Part shown: positions 30,213-41,693 of the stretch, piece after piece
Numbering within the stretch: position 1 is the first letter of the stretch
How the letters are laid out: each line of letters opens with the position of its first letter
Assembly: GCA_902580855.1 (NCBI GenBank)
Contig: CACHMF010000004.1
Span: forward strand, 1-57,419
Direction of reading: 5' to 3'
Length of the DNA stretch: 57,419 nt
Source: an uncultured Bacteroidota bacterium
GTDB taxonomy: Bacteria > Bacteroidota > Bacteroidia > Flavobacteriales > UBA7312
Program-made: the position numbers and the translations under genes
Notes under the pieces: generated by a model
Seen by the model: only the letters and a program-made list of their open reading frames with translations
Told to the model about the DNA's origin: nothing
The model's database searches: none

Positions 30213-31211
30213 CTATTTGCTGTCATAAGCCCATTTCAAGTAAATAGACCCCCAAGTGAATCCACCACCGAATGCAGCTAATATGATATTATCTCCTTTA
30301 TTTAACTGATTTTCCCATTCCCATAAACAAAGAGGAATAGTAGCATTAGTTGTATTTCCGTAACGCTGAATGTTCAACATTACTTTATCTTTACCTACAC
30401 CCATTCTATTGGCTGTAGCGTCAATGATTCTTTTATTTGCCTGATGTGGAACAAGCCAAGCAATATCGTCACCTGTCAGCTTGTTACGCTCCATAATCTC
30501 AGCAGAAACATCTGCCATACCTTTTACTGCAAACTTAAAGACAGTTTGACCCTCCTGGTGAATAAAGTGTTCTTTAGAATCTACTGTTTTATGAGATGCA
30601 GGTTTAACAGAACCGCCTGCTTTCATGTGTAGGTAATGTCTTCCTTCACCATTACTTTTTAATATAGAGTCTTGAACACCCATTCCATTTTTTGTAGGCT
30701 CTAAAAGAGCTGCCCCAGCGCCATCACCAAAAATGATACAAGTTTGACGATCTTCATAATCAACAATGGATGACATTTTATCTGCTCCAATAACTAGAAC
30801 ACATTTATGGCTTCCACTTTCAATATATTTTGCAGCCGTTGCAACTGAGAATAAAAAGCCAGAGCATGCAGCCATTAAATCGAAACCAAAAGCATTTTTA
30901 GCACCAATTTTATCGGCAATAACACAAGCAGTAGAAGGGAATATCATATCAGGAGTAGCAGTAGCACAAATAATTAAATCGATGTCTTCTGCCGAAAGCC
31001 CTTTCTTTTTTAGCAAACCTCTTGCTGCTTCAGCACCCATGTCTGAACTTCCAAGTCCTTCACCTTTCAGTATCCTTCTTTCTTTGATGCCTGTTCTGGT
31101 TGTTATCCACTCATCGTTAGTGTCAACCATGGTTTCCAATTCTTGATTAGTTAACACATAGTCTGGCACCCAACCATGAATGCCGGTAATGGCAGCTTTT
31201 ATATCACTCAT
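30213..31211 (-). CDS. fabH: beta-ketoacyl-ACP synthase III
   Basis: 'AACSGF', 'HQAN', 'GNT', 'FGGGFTWG'. Confidence 0.97.
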   Translation of the reverse strand: MSDIKAAITGIHGWVPDYVLTNQELETMVDTNDEWITTRTGIKERRILKGEGLGSSDMGAEAARGLLKKKGLSAEDIDLIICATATPDMIFPSTACVIADKIGAKNAFGFDLMAACSGFLFSVATAAKYIESGSHKCVLVIGADKMSSIVDYEDRQTCIIFGDGAGAALLEPTKNGMGVQDSILKSNGEGRHYLHMKAGGSVKPASHKTVDSKEHFIHQEGQTVFKFAVKGMADVSAEIMERNKLTGDDIAWLVPHQANKRIIDATANRMGVGKDKVMLNIQRYGNTTNATIPLCLWEWENQLNKGDNIILAAFGGGFTWGSIYLKWAYDSK

Positions 31212-32157
31212 TATTGAAAGTATTTTTTATTTTGGATGGTAAATCTGCTTCTACCACATCAGCAGTAAGCACAATCATATTTTTTATTGCGATGTTGTTG
31301 GAGATACCATGCCCAATTACTACAGACTTGTTAAGTCCTAAGATTGGTGTACCACCATAATTTTCGTAGTTGAATCGATTGAAATATTCGTCTTCAATCT
31401 TTCTTTTTTTAATAAGCGTATAAAACGCTTCAGCTTCTTTTAACACCACATTTCCAGTGAAACCATCACACACAATTACATCGGCATGATCACCAAAAAT
31501 ATCGCGACTTTCTATGTTTCCATCGAAATTAAAATGAGAACTATCTTTCATCATTTCGTGTGTTGTTGTGGTTAGCATATTACCTTTCGTTTCTTCTTCG
31601 CCAATGTTTAATAATCCTACTTTTGGATTATTAATGCCACACACATACTCTGCAAATAAAGAGCCTAAAATACCGAACTGATATAGTACATCTGGCTTAC
31701 AATCTGCATTAGCACCTACATCCAAAATAATATTGACACCACCATCTTCTTTTGGTAAAACAGACGAGATACAAGGGCGTAATACTCCAGCAATAGGTTT
31801 TACTGACATGTAGCCACCAACAAACATAGCTCCTGTGTTTCCTGCACTAGCAAAGCCATCAATTTTACCATGTTTAAGTAAGTGAAATCCAACAGCAATA
31901 CTAGAGTTTGGTTTTTTAGTAAAAGCTTTTGTAGGGTGGTCACCCATTTCGATAACATCAGGAGCATTTACAATGCTGAAATGTGTGCTATCTGCCCCTT
32001 TCTTTTTTAAGATGGAAAGAATAGCTTTTTCATCTCCGATAAGAACTAAATCTACGTTGTTGTTTAGCTCCTTTTGAGCTAAAATAGCTCCTTCGGTTGT
32101 TGCTTGTGGGGCAAAGTCCCCACCCATTATATCTATGCCTATTCGGATATTAGCCAT
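31204..32157 (-). CDS. plsX: phosphate acyltransferase
   Basis: 'DIMGGDFAP', 'SAGNTGA', 'LDVGANAD', 'VCDGFTGN'. Confidence 0.96.
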   Translation of the reverse strand: MANIRIGIDIMGGDFAPQATTEGAILAQKELNNNVDLVLIGDEKAILSILKKKGADSTHFSIVNAPDVIEMGDHPTKAFTKKPNSSIAVGFHLLKHGKIDGFASAGNTGAMFVGGYMSVKPIAGVLRPCISSVLPKEDGGVNIILDVGANADCKPDVLYQFGILGSLFAEYVCGINNPKVGLLNIGEEETKGNMLTTTTHEMMKDSSHFNFDGNIESRDIFGDHADVIVCDGFTGNVVLKEAEAFYTLIKKRKIEDEYFNRFNYENYGGTPILGLNKSVVIGHGISNNIAIKNMIVLTADVVEADLPSKIKNTFNNE

Positions 32158-32240
32158 TATATAAAAGTAGATTTAACTTCCTTAATTATAACAGCAGCTA
32201 AACATACAAATATTACAGCGTAAATTTAATTTGTGGTAAA

Positions 32241-32420
32241 TTATTTTTCCATTACTATTTTACCCTTGTGGTAAAGAACTCCATCTACCCAGTGCGCTTT
32301 ATGTGTTTGATGTGTTTCACCAGTCGTTGGGCAGGTAGTTAGCTGTTGACTTTCAGCTTTGTAATGTGTTCTCCTTTTGTCTCTTCTAGTTTTGGAGATT
32401 TTTCGCTTTGGATGTGCCAT
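32241..32420 (-). CDS. rpmF: 50S ribosomal protein L32
   Basis: [19 protein letters not shown]; start reassigned to 32420. Confidence 0.96.
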   Translation of the reverse strand: MAHPKRKISKTRRDKRRTHYKAESQQLTTCPTTGETHQTHKAHWVDGVLYHKGKIVMEK

Positions 32421-32431
32421 TGTTCCTAGTT

Positions 32432-32944
32432 TTATTTTTTCAAGTTTTGAAGTGCTGACCAACGTGGGTCTGCTATTTCTGGCTCTTGAAAGGCCAATTC
32501 TTCTAATTTTTCTAACATTTCTTGATTGCAGTCTGCTCTATCGGCATGTATTCTTCTGCTTGGTAGTGACAAATGAATAAATTCATACAAATGATGTGCC
32601 AATTTAAGCGTGTGCTCATTAGTTGGCAGGATGATGATTTCATCTGTTTCATCTGTTTCTAAAACATCAGAAAACTTTACAATCTGTTTATAGTTGCCTT
32701 CAATGCTTTCTATATAATTTTCGGTGCAAGTATCGCATGCTAATGTTACACTTCCCTTAATTTGGAGGTCTAACTCTAGCATATTGCTTTTTTTTTGAAG
32801 CAATATAATAGCGCTTACTTGTCCTGAACTTAGTTCGGCATAATCAAACAACTGAAAGAACGCGTCCTCAATTTGAAAGTCGAATTTGTGGTTTCCCAAC
32901 TTCAGTCCCGAAAAGGTAATCTGAAAATCTGTTAGCTTCACCAT
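32432..32944 (-). CDS. yceD: YceD/DUF177 family protein
   Basis: 'CDTC', C-terminal 'DPRWSAL', upstream of rpmF. Confidence 0.9.
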   Translation of the reverse strand: MVKLTDFQITFSGLKLGNHKFDFQIEDAFFQLFDYAELSSGQVSAIILLQKKSNMLELDLQIKGSVTLACDTCTENYIESIEGNYKQIVKFSDVLETDETDEIIILPTNEHTLKLAHHLYEFIHLSLPSRRIHADRADCNQEMLEKLEELAFQEPEIADPRWSALQNLKK

Positions 32945-33018
32945 AATTCAATTCGCTCAAAAAGGGGAGCAAATCTAATAAATTTAATAGAAAATAACTC
33001 CTTTTTTGCCTTTAGTTT

Positions 33019-34092
33019 TTATTCAGGCCGTTGGTGTTCAGACGATTCATGCTGTTTCTTCTGGCTAATTAAAAGTGGATTTTCATTAATTTCGTTAAAT
33101 TCTTGACGCTTTTTGTATATGTCGCAAGCCGTAAAAACTGCCTCTCTGAAAGAGTATTCATTTGCTTTATTTTTTCCAGCAATTTCAAAAGCTGTGCCAT
33201 GATCTGGCGAAGTTCTTATAAAGGATAATCCCGACGTAAAGTTCACACCTTTACCAAAAGCCAATGTTTTGAAAGGAATTAAGCCTTGATCGTGATACAT
33301 GGCTAAAATACCATCGAAAGCACACAATTTATCTGAACCAAAAAAACTATCAGCAGGATAAGGACCAAAAGACATAATATTTTCTTTTTTCGCTTTTAGG
33401 AGAGCAGGACTGATAATGTCATCTTCCTCACTGCCCAATACACCTTGGTCGCCGGCATGTGGGTTAAGTCCAAGTACTGCTATTTTAGGTTTTCTAATCC
33501 CAAAATCTTGTTTCAAGGATTTGTTAAGCAGTCGTAGTTTTTCCAATACTTTATCTTGGCTGATATTGGCGCTAACATGATTCAGTGGAAGATGTCCTGT
33601 TACTACTCCGATTCTTATGCTTTCCGAAAGCATCAACATCAATGCATTTTTTTTGTCTTTTGCGGCTAGGTATTCTGTATGTCCTGGAAATTGAAAAGAA
33701 TTGGATTGTATATTCTGTTTATTGATAGGTGCTGTTACTAACACATCTACCTCATTTTTTTGAAGCGCATTTGTGGCCGCCTCCAAAGATTTGAAAGCAA
33801 ACTTTCCTCCCTCAGAAGTATTTTCGCCTAGTGCGATTTTTGCTTCCTCTTTCCAGCAGTTGATGAGGTTAGCTTTTTTATTGTTAGCCTTGGAGGTATT
33901 GTCTACTACATTGAAGCTGAAATCTTCAATGCCCATTGCTTTTCGGTGAAAAGAAGCCACTTTTGAGCACCCGAAAATAATAGGTGTACACAGCTCTTGC
34001 ATACGCTTATCCATGAAGGTTTTAATAATCACCTCCATTCCAATTCCATTGATATCGCCAATGGATACACCAACTCTTACTTTTTTACTCAT
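33019..34092 (-). CDS. pdxA: 4-hydroxythreonine-4-phosphate dehydrogenase
   Basis: 'GDINGIG', 'TAPINK', 'PGHTEYL', 'LNPHAG', 'MYHDQG', 'RTSPDHGTA'. Confidence 0.95.
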   Translation of the reverse strand: MSKKVRVGVSIGDINGIGMEVIIKTFMDKRMQELCTPIIFGCSKVASFHRKAMGIEDFSFNVVDNTSKANNKKANLINCWKEEAKIALGENTSEGGKFAFKSLEAATNALQKNEVDVLVTAPINKQNIQSNSFQFPGHTEYLAAKDKKNALMLMLSESIRIGVVTGHLPLNHVSANISQDKVLEKLRLLNKSLKQDFGIRKPKIAVLGLNPHAGDQGVLGSEEDDIISPALLKAKKENIMSFGPYPADSFFGSDKLCAFDGILAMYHDQGLIPFKTLAFGKGVNFTSGLSFIRTSPDHGTAFEIAGKNKANEYSFREAVFTACDIYKKRQEFNEINENPLLISQKKQHESSEHQRPE

Positions 34093-35498
34093 GCTAATTT
34101 ATTTTTCAGGAAGTTGAATAATAAACGAACACCCACTCCTGTTCCTCCTATTCCTCGATAGTTAAATTGAGACAACATAAAGGCAGGCCCTGCAATGTCT
34201 AAATGGGTGTAAGGGTAATTGGTAAAATGTTCCAGGAATTTTCCTGCGGTAATAGCGCCTGCTTCAGGACCTCCTAAGTTTTTCAAATCAGCAATGTTTG
34301 ATTTTAAATCATCAGCGTATTCATCCCAAAAAGGAAATTCTGCTAATCGTTCCTGCACCTCATCACCACTTGCTTTCAAGGCTGCCATGGTGTTTTTATC
34401 ATTTCCCATCGCAACAATTCCCTGCTTGCCAATGGCTCGAGCAGCAGCCCCAGTCAAGGTAGCTAAATCAATCACTAATTCTGGATCGTATTTTTTGGCA
34501 TAACTCAATGCATCTGCTAAAATCAAGCGCCCTTCTGCATCTGTGTTCAAAACCTCTACGCTTGTTCCATCATACATAGTAATTACATCTCCTGGCGCGT
34601 ATGCATTTCCAGATGGACGGTTGTCCGTTGCAGGAACCAAACCAATAACATGTATGTTGAGTTTCGCTTTAGCAATGGCTGTCATTACACCTACAACTGC
34701 TGCAGAACCACCCATATCACTCTTCATTAAATCCATAGAATTAGGAGTTGGCTTTAAGCTCAATCCGCCAGTATCGTATACAATACCTTTACCAACTATG
34801 ACTATTGGCTTTTTGTTGGTCGCTTCTTTTGGTTTCCAATTCATAATACTGAAGGTAGGAGGGTCAATACTGCCTTGATTAACTGCTAAAAGACCGCCCA
34901 TTTTAAGGGCTTCAATTTTCTTTTTGTGGAGCACCTCTACTGTGAATCCAAACTTTTTTCCATAAGCTTCGATGTCTTTACTGTATTGTATAGCGTTAAG
35001 GTAAGATAATGGCTCGTTTACCAAATCTCTAGCGACAAAAGTTCCGTTAATAATAGCTTGTAACTCTTCCACATCCGTATCTTGCATGCTTGCGCATAGA
35101 TTAATGGTTTTTAAGCTATACTCTTTTTTGTCTGTTAAGTATTTTAAAAACTGATAATTACTCAAGGCAAGTCCTTCCGAAAAAGCAAAACATATAGGCT
35201 TTTTTTTAACTGTGTCAATCACCGTCACCTCTTCTATTTTATTGGCAACAATTGTAGCGTGTAAACTGTTGGCGGCTTTTCTTGCAGCCTCTCTGCAATC
35301 GCCAATTACTTGTACAAAAACCCATCTATTATATTGATTAATAGCAAAGTTCATTTGCTCAAATTCTAAGCATTTTTTTGCATAATCCATCTCATCTTTC
35401 GATAAAGAAAAGTCTTCTAATTGAGCGACATTATTGATTAAAACAATAAGGTTGTCTGTATCTTTAATACTCGTTTTGCGAGCAATAAAAGTGTTCAT
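34089..35498 (-). CDS. pepA: leucyl aminopeptidase (M17)
   Basis: 'GKGIVYDTGG', 'KSDMGG', 'NTDAEGRL'. Start reassigned to MNTFIA (35498). Confidence 0.93.
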   Translation of the reverse strand: MNTFIARKTSIKDTDNLIVLINNVAQLEDFSLSKDEMDYAKKCLEFEQMNFAINQYNRWVFVQVIGDCREAARKAANSLHATIVANKIEEVTVIDTVKKKPICFAFSEGLALSNYQFLKYLTDKKEYSLKTINLCASMQDTDVEELQAIINGTFVARDLVNEPLSYLNAIQYSKDIEAYGKKFGFTVEVLHKKKIEALKMGGLLAVNQGSIDPPTFSIMNWKPKEATNKKPIVIVGKGIVYDTGGLSLKPTPNSMDLMKSDMGGSAAVVGVMTAIAKAKLNIHVIGLVPATDNRPSGNAYAPGDVITMYDGTSVEVLNTDAEGRLILADALSYAKKYDPELVIDLATLTGAAARAIGKQGIVAMGNDKNTMAALKASGDEVQERLAEFPFWDEYADDLKSNIADLKNLGGPEAGAITAGKFLEHFTNYPYTHLDIAGPAFMLSQFNYRGIGGTGVGVRLLFNFLKNKLA

Positions 35499-35507
35499 AA
35501 TATTGTG

Positions 35508-35529
35508 TATTTTTGAGCATTCAAAATTA
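35508..35529. promoter_or_regulatory. interleaved divergent -7 elements for mqnC (+, TATTTTTG 35508-35515) and pepA (-, TAATTTTG 35522-35529)
   Basis: Two TAnnTTTG matches facing each other in a 41-bp intergenic gap. Confidence 0.5.
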
Positions 35530-35539
35530 GACAATTTAG

Positions 35540-36664
35540 ATGAATACGGACTCTTTGTTGAATCGCGCTTTAGAATTTGAATTTTTAACGGCAGAAGAAG
35601 GACAATTTCTATTTAAAAATGTTCCTACTGCAGAGCTGATGTATGTTGCTAATGAACTGCGAAAAATTCAAAAGCCCGATGGCAAGGTAACTTGGCAAAT
35701 AGATCGTAACGTAAATACGACTAATGCCTGCATTGCCAACTGTAAGTTTTGTAATTTTTTCCGTCCACCGGGTCATGAGGAGGTCTATGTGACTAAAATA
35801 GAAGATTACAAAACCAAGATAGAAGACACCTTGCGTTATGGTGGCGATCAGTTGCTTTTGCAAGGAGGACATCACCCAGATTTAGGCTTAAACTACTACA
35901 CAAATTTATTTAGTGAATTAAAGTCATTATACCCCAATATTCGTTTACACGCTTTGGGACCTCCAGAAGTAGCACACATCTGCAAGTTGGAAGGTAAATC
36001 GCACACAGAAGTATTAAGCGCTTTAAAGGAGAGCGGGATGGATAGCTTACCAGGTGCAGGAGCAGAAATATTAAACGATAGGGTGCGTAGATTGATTTCT
36101 CGTGGTAAGTGTACAGGGCAAGAGTGGTTAGATGTGATGCGAGCTGCGCATAAGCTGAATATCACCACTTCAGCCACAATGATGTTTGGGCATATTGAAA
36201 CGCTAGAAGAACGCTTTGAGCATTTGGTTTGGTTGCGAGAGGTCCAATCAGAAAAACCAGTAAATGTAGATGGTTTTTTGGCATTTATTCCATGGCCATT
36301 TATGGACGATGGTACTCTTTTAAAACGCTTAAGAGGCATTCAAAATAATGTGTCTGCCGATGAATATTTACGCATGATAGCCATCAGCCGTATCATGCTT
36401 CCTAACATTAAAAATATACAAGCATCTTGGCTAACTGTAGGTAAAGAAACCGCACAGCTTTGTTTGCACGGTGGCGCCAACGATTTTGGATCTATCATGA
36501 TAGAGGAAAATGTGGTTTCAGCAGCAGGAGCACCGCACCGCTTCACTTATAAAAGTATACAGGAATCTATCCGAAAGGCAGGATTTGTACCACAGCTTAG
36601 AAGTCAAGACTATAGTTTTAGAGATATTCCAGAAGGTATTGAAGAGCAACTAATAGATTACTAA
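35540..36664 (+). CDS. mqnC: cyclic dehypoxanthine futalosine synthase (CofH/MqnC radical SAM)
   Basis: 'IDRNVNTTNACIANCKFC' CxxxCxxC, 'LLQGGHHP', 'PGAGAEIL', 'IQASWLT.G', 'GANDFGSIMIEENVVSAAG' (MqnC-type). Confidence 0.85.
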   Translation: MNTDSLLNRALEFEFLTAEEGQFLFKNVPTAELMYVANELRKIQKPDGKVTWQIDRNVNTTNACIANCKFCNFFRPPGHEEVYVTKIEDYKTKIEDTLRYGGDQLLLQGGHHPDLGLNYYTNLFSELKSLYPNIRLHALGPPEVAHICKLEGKSHTEVLSALKESGMDSLPGAGAEILNDRVRRLISRGKCTGQEWLDVMRAAHKLNITTSATMMFGHIETLEERFEHLVWLREVQSEKPVNVDGFLAFIPWPFMDDGTLLKRLRGIQNNVSADEYLRMIAISRIMLPNIKNIQASWLTVGKETAQLCLHGGANDFGSIMIEENVVSAAGAPHRFTYKSIQESIRKAGFVPQLRSQDYSFRDIPEGIEEQLIDY

Positions 36665-37248
36665 TGTTTACAGGTATTATAGAACATATGGGCGAAGTGG
36701 TCTCTTTGCAAAATGAAGCAGAAAACCTATATATTTCGATGCGGACACCGATAACGCAAGAGCTAAAGATAGATCAATCGGTCGCACATAATGGTGTTTG
36801 TTTAACAGTCGTGGCTATTGAAGGGGACATATATACCGTTACTGTCATAAAGGAAAGCTTGCAAAAAACTAATTTGGGTAATCTAAAAGTAGGTGACCAA
36901 GTAAATATTGAGCGTTGTATGAAGCTAGGCGATAGGTTGGACGGACATTTAGTACAAGGGCATGTTGACCAAACTGCGAAATGTGTAGATGTTGTTGAAG
37001 TAGATGGATCATGGTATTTTACTTTTTCTTACGAAAATTTAGGTAATATTACAGTAGAGAAAGGCTCTATATGTGTCAATGGAGTAAGCTTGACAGTTGT
37101 TAACTCTCAAGCTGATTCTTTTTCTGTAGCCATTATCCCATATACTTATAATCACACTAATTTCCATAATTTTAAGATAGGCACTATAGTTAACCTAGAA
37201 TTTGACATTTTAGGTAAATACATTGTTAAAATGAATCAATTAAAATGA
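36664..37248 (+). CDS. ribE: riboflavin synthase (alpha chain; RibC in E. coli nomenclature)
   Basis: 'MFTGII', 'NGVCLTV', 'GHLVQGHVD', 'VNLEFD'. Confidence 0.96.
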   Translation: MFTGIIEHMGEVVSLQNEAENLYISMRTPITQELKIDQSVAHNGVCLTVVAIEGDIYTVTVIKESLQKTNLGNLKVGDQVNIERCMKLGDRLDGHLVQGHVDQTAKCVDVVEVDGSWYFTFSYENLGNITVEKGSICVNGVSLTVVNSQADSFSVAIIPYTYNHTNFHNFKIGTIVNLEFDILGKYIVKMNQLK

Positions 37249-37517
37249 ATTCAATTTTCAGAATCACAGCCTTTCTTGAGGGTCTTTCCTATATCTTACT
37301 ATTATTTGTAGCTGTACCTATTAAGTATCAAAGTGGAGACGACTTTTATGTGCAACTATTATGCATGCCACACGGACTACTATTTATGGCTTATGTGTTT
37401 TTAGCGCTGTACCTCAAGCCACAATACAATTGGGATACTAAAACATTCCTATTGGTGCTAGCAGCATCCATTATTCCTTTCGGTACTTTTTATGTGGATA
37501 GAAAGGTGTTGAAATAG
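37245..37517 (+). CDS. DUF3817 family membrane protein
   Basis: 'FRITAFLEGLSY', 'PHGLLF', 'SIIPFGTF'. Confidence 0.88.
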   Translation: MNSIFRITAFLEGLSYILLLFVAVPIKYQSGDDFYVQLLCMPHGLLFMAYVFLALYLKPQYNWDTKTFLLVLAASIIPFGTFYVDRKVLK

Positions 37518-37556
37518 AACGATTTCTCTTCATAAATTTAATTATTTTCGCAGTGC

Positions 37557-39344
37557 ATGAAAAAGATTAGAAATTTTTGCATCATTGCTCATATCGACCA
37601 CGGTAAAAGTACTTTGGCGGATAGGCTGTTAGAATATACAGGTGCGGTAACAGAAAGAGAGGCACAAGACCAATTACTAGACAATATGGACTTGGAGCGC
37701 GAAAGAGGGATTACCATCAAAAGTCATGCCATACAAATGGAGTACGAACTTAATGGAGAACAGTATGTGTTAAACTTGATTGACACTCCTGGTCATGTGG
37801 ATTTTTCCTATGAAGTATCGCGCTCTATCGCGGCTTGCGAGGGGGCTTTGTTAATTGTAGATGCGGCACAAGGCATACAAGCGCAGACTATTTCCAACCT
37901 CTATTTGGCTTTGGAAAATAATTTAGAAATCATCCCGGTACTAAATAAAATTGACCTCCCTTCAGCCGAGCCAGAATTAGTTAAAGACCAAATTATTGAC
38001 CTTATTGGTTGTGATGATGAAGACATTATTCCCGCTTCTGCTAAAACAGGTTTAGGAATACACGATATTTTACGTGCTATAGTAGAACGTGTGCCAGCTC
38101 CAGAAGGAGATCCACAAGCGCCTTTGCAAGCCATGATTTTCGATTCGGTATTTAATCCTTTTAGAGGGATTGAGGCTTACTTTAAAGTAGTTAATGGATC
38201 CGTCAAAAAAGGAGATGAGGTACAGTTTATGGCTACAGGGAAAAAGTATTTTGCTGATGAGATTGGAGCGCTTAAACTAAAACAACAACCAAAAAAAATA
38301 CTTTCGACAGGTGAGGTAGGCTACATTATTTCAGGAATAAAAGATGCGCGTGAAGTTAAAGTAGGAGATACTATTACCCGAACTGACGAACCTGCACATG
38401 AGGCAATTCAAGGATTTGAGGATGTGAAACCGATGGTCTTTGCAGGAATTTATCCTGTTGACACTGAAGATTATGAAGAATTACGTAATTCAATGGAAAA
38501 GTTGCAATTAAATGATGCTTCTTTAACCTTTGAGCCAGAATCCTCTGCAGCATTAGGCTTTGGTTTCCGTTGTGGATTCTTAGGAATGTTGCATATGGAA
38601 ATTATTCAAGAACGCTTGGAGCGTGAGTTCGGCATGACAGTGATTACTACTGTGCCAAACGTATCTTACTATGCCTACACCAAAGCAGGAGAGGAGCTGG
38701 TTATTAACAACCCTTCTGATTTACCAGAACCCTCTACTTTAGATTATGTGAAGGAGCCGTATATCCGTGCTCAAATCATCACTAAATCCGACTTTGTGGG
38801 TTCGGTTATGAGCTTGTGTATTGATAAAAGAGGCGAGCTGAAAAACCAGGTTTATTTAACCACTGACCGTGTAGAGCTGACTTTTGAAATGCCTTTAGGA
38901 GAGATAGTATTTGACTTTTATGACAAGCTGAAAACGATTTCTAGAGGATACGCTTCTTTCGATTATTTTCCACTAGAATTCCGCCAATCGAACTTAGCAA
39001 AATTAGATATACTTCTAAATGGAGATCAGGTAGATGCATTGTCTGCTTTGATTTTCAGAGACAACGCATATGCCCTAGGGAAGAAGATTTGTTTGAAGCT
39101 AAAAGAATTGATTCCTCGCCAACAATTTGATATTGCCATTCAGTCGGCTATTGGTGCAAAAATCATATCTAGAGAAACAGTGAAAGCACTCAGAAAAGAT
39201 GTTACAGCAAAGTGTTATGGTGGTGATATTACGCGTAAGCGCAAGTTGCTTGAAAAGCAGAAAAAAGGAAAGAAGCGTATGCGTCAAGTAGGAAATGTGG
39301 AGGTGCCTCAATCGGCATTCTTGGCGGTTTTAAAATTAGACTAA
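37557..39344 (+). CDS. lepA: translation elongation factor 4
   Basis: '[20 protein letters not shown]', '[11 protein letters not shown]', '[12 protein letters not shown]'. Confidence 0.98.
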   Translation: MKKIRNFCIIAHIDHGKSTLADRLLEYTGAVTEREAQDQLLDNMDLERERGITIKSHAIQMEYELNGEQYVLNLIDTPGHVDFSYEVSRSIAACEGALLIVDAAQGIQAQTISNLYLALENNLEIIPVLNKIDLPSAEPELVKDQIIDLIGCDDEDIIPASAKTGLGIHDILRAIVERVPAPEGDPQAPLQAMIFDSVFNPFRGIEAYFKVVNGSVKKGDEVQFMATGKKYFADEIGALKLKQQPKKILSTGEVGYIISGIKDAREVKVGDTITRTDEPAHEAIQGFEDVKPMVFAGIYPVDTEDYEELRNSMEKLQLNDASLTFEPESSAALGFGFRCGFLGMLHMEIIQERLEREFGMTVITTVPNVSYYAYTKAGEELVINNPSDLPEPSTLDYVKEPYIRAQIITKSDFVGSVMSLCIDKRGELKNQVYLTTDRVELTFEMPLGEIVFDFYDKLKTISRGYASFDYFPLEFRQSNLAKLDILLNGDQVDALSALIFRDNAYALGKKICLKLKELIPRQQFDIAIQSAIGAKIISRETVKALRKDVTAKCYGGDITRKRKLLEKQKKGKKRMRQVGNVEVPQSAFLAVLKLD

Positions 39345-39392
39345 AACACTATCTTTGGATAACCAGTAATAGTTCGAAATAAACAAAAAACT

Positions 39393-40142
39393 ATGGGTAG
39401 AGCATTTGAGTTTAGAAAAGCGCGTAAGATGAAACGTTGGTCCAAAATGGCCAAGACTTTTACGCGTATTGGAAAAGACATTGTGATGGCGGTGAAAGAT
39501 GGGGGTCCGAATCCGGAAACAAATTCGCGATTGCGCCAGATAATTCAAAATGCCAAAGCTGCCAACATGCCGAAGGATAATGTAGAGCGCGCCATTAAAA
39601 AAGCAAGCGGAGCAGATGCAACAAACTATGTAGAGATGTCTTTAGAAGGATACTCCGCCAATGGAGTAGCTGTTTTTGTAGAGTGTACTACAGATAATAA
39701 CAACCGAACAGTTGCTAATGTACGTTCTTACTTCAATAAATGTGAAGGAAACTTAGGGACCAATGGATCTTTAGAATTCATATTTGACAGAAAAGGGGTG
39801 TTTACAGTAGATCCTTCTAAGGTGGAAATGGACTTGGAAGAGCTAGAAATGGACTTGATTGATGGTGGTTTGGAAGAGCTAGAGCAAGATGAAGAAGCAA
39901 TTATTATCTACACCGATTTTGCAGACTTCTCTAACATGACCAATCTATTAGAAAAGTTAAACATTGAAGTAAAGAATGCAGAGCTACAACGCATTCCAAA
40001 TAATTTCAAATGCATCACTTCGGAACAAGCGCCATTGGTGTTAAAGCTGCTGGATAAATTAGAGGAAGACGACGATGTGCAGAATGTATTTCACAACATG
40101 GAAATGAGCGAGGAGATTATGTCTTTAATGGAGGGAGAGTAA
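39393..40142 (+). CDS. yebC: YebC/PmpR family protein
   Basis: Bacteroidota-type 'MGRAFEFRK', 'TDNNNRT', 'EEDDDVQNVFHN'. -7 element at 39350-39357. Confidence 0.95.
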   Translation: MGRAFEFRKARKMKRWSKMAKTFTRIGKDIVMAVKDGGPNPETNSRLRQIIQNAKAANMPKDNVERAIKKASGADATNYVEMSLEGYSANGVAVFVECTTDNNNRTVANVRSYFNKCEGNLGTNGSLEFIFDRKGVFTVDPSKVEMDLEELEMDLIDGGLEELEQDEEAIIIYTDFADFSNMTNLLEKLNIEVKNAELQRIPNNFKCITSEQAPLVLKLLDKLEEDDDVQNVFHNMEMSEEIMSLMEGE

Positions 40143-40151
40143 AAATCTGAT

Positions 40152-41693
40152 ATGAAAAAGAAATTAGAAATATTAGAAGCGAAAAAAGCAGAAGCCCAAT
40201 TGGGTGGAGGTGAAAAACGTATCGAATCGCAACATGCTAAAGGAAAGTTAACAGCGCGTGAGCGTATCCACTTTTTATTAGACGAAGGCTCTTTTGAAGA
40301 GATAGGCATGTTGGTAACACACCGTTCTACCAACTTTGGTTTGGATAAACAAAAGTTTTTAGGTGATGGTGTGGTAACGGGTTACGGAACCATTGATGGC
40401 AGATTGGTGTATGTATTTGCACAAGACTTTACGGTTATGGGGGGGTCTTTGGCAGAGGCACATGCCGAGAAAATCTGCAAGGTGATGGATCTTGCTATGA
40501 AAAATGGCGCACCCATTATTGGATTAAACGATAGTGGCGGAGCACGTATTCAAGAAGGCGTTGTTTCTCTTGGTGGCTATGCCGACATCTTTTATAGAAA
40601 CACTAAGGCCAGTGGCGTTATCCCACAGCTTTCAGCCATTATGGGTCCTTGTGCAGGAGGGGCAGTTTATTCTCCAGCACTTACTGACTTCATTATGATG
40701 GTAGAGAATACCTCATATATGTTTGTTACAGGCCCTAATGTGGTAAAAACAGTAACTCATGAAGAGGTGACTGCCGAAGAATTGGGAGGAGCATCTACTC
40801 ACTCTACTAAATCCGGGGTAGCACATTTTACTTATGCCAATGAGATTGAACTCATCAATAACTTGAAAAGGTTGTTGAGTTATATGCCTCAAAATTGTGA
40901 GGAAGACGCTCCTGCTTTAGCGTATAAGGGTGGCGATGAAACCATAGCTGCTTTGGATGAAATCATTCCAGAAAATCCAAACCAGCCTTATGATATTCGA
41001 GAGGTGATTGAAGGAACAATAGATGAAGGTTCTTTCCATGAAGTGCATAAAGATTATGCCGAAAACATTGTGTGTGGGTTTGCACGATTAGGCGGTCGTT
41101 CTATCGGTATTGTAGCAAATCAGCCAGCTTTTTTAGCAGGTGTTTTAGATAACCATGCTTCAATCAAAGCAGCACGTTTTGTGCGTTTCTGCGATTGCTT
41201 CAATATTCCTTTATTGGTTTTTGAGGATGTTCCTGGATTTTTGCCTGGAACCGATCAAGAGTGGAATGGAATCATCAATAATGGCGCAAAATTATTGTAT
41301 GCATTTTCGGAAGCATCAGTGCCGCGTATTACAGTGATTACGCGTAAAGCTTATGGTGGTGCATATGATGTTATGAACTCTAAGCACATTGGTGCAGATC
41401 TGAACTATGCATGGCCATCGGCAGAAATTGCAGTGATGGGAGCTAAGGGTGCAGCCGAAATCATTTTCCGCAAAGAAATTAAAGAGTCAACAAATGCAGA
41501 GGTTAAGTGGAGGGAGAAAGAAGCAGAATATGCCGAACTTTTTGCAAACCCCTACAGTGCTGCCGCTCGGGGTTTTGTAGATGAGGTGATAACACCTTCC
41601 AAAACAAGAGAAAAGTTAATCAAGGCATTCAAAATGCTTGAGAATAAGGTAGACAGCCTACCAAAGAAAAAACACGGAAATATTCCTTTATAG
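40152..41693 (+). CDS. pccB: acyl-CoA (propionyl-CoA) carboxylase carboxyltransferase beta subunit
   Basis: 'GKLTARERI', '[10 protein letters not shown]', 'DVPGFLPG', 'KKHGNIPL'. Confidence 0.9.
   Translation: MKKKLEILEAKKAEAQLGGGEKRIESQHAKGKLTARERIHFLLDEGSFEEIGMLVTHRSTNFGLDKQKFLGDGVVTGYGTIDGRLVYVFAQDFTVMGGSLAEAHAEKICKVMDLAMKNGAPIIGLNDSGGARIQEGVVSLGGYADIFYRNTKASGVIPQLSAIMGPCAGGAVYSPALTDFIMMVENTSYMFVTGPNVVKTVTHEEVTAEELGGASTHSTKSGVAHFTYANEIELINNLKRLLSYMPQNCEEDAPALAYKGGDETIAALDEIIPENPNQPYDIREVIEGTIDEGSFHEVHKDYAENIVCGFARLGGRSIGIVANQPAFLAGVLDNHASIKAARFVRFCDCFNIPLLVFEDVPGFLPGTDQEWNGIINNGAKLLYAFSEASVPRITVITRKAYGGAYDVMNSKHIGADLNYAWPSAEIAVMGAKGAAEIIFRKEIKESTNAEVKWREKEAEYAELFANPYSAAARGFVDEVITPSKTREKLIKAFKMLENKVDSLPKKKHGNIPL

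Noticed and set aside
35609-36546. Track entries 35609-35875, 35896-36339 and 36340-36546 on the minus strand
   Set aside because: Shadow ORFs antisense to mqnC with no independent support.
39825-39883. Short direct repeats (gaaatggacttg twice, ttggaagagctaga twice)
   Set aside because: They encode the acidic helix EMDLEELEMDLIDGGLEELE of YebC; not a CRISPR or mobile repeat.
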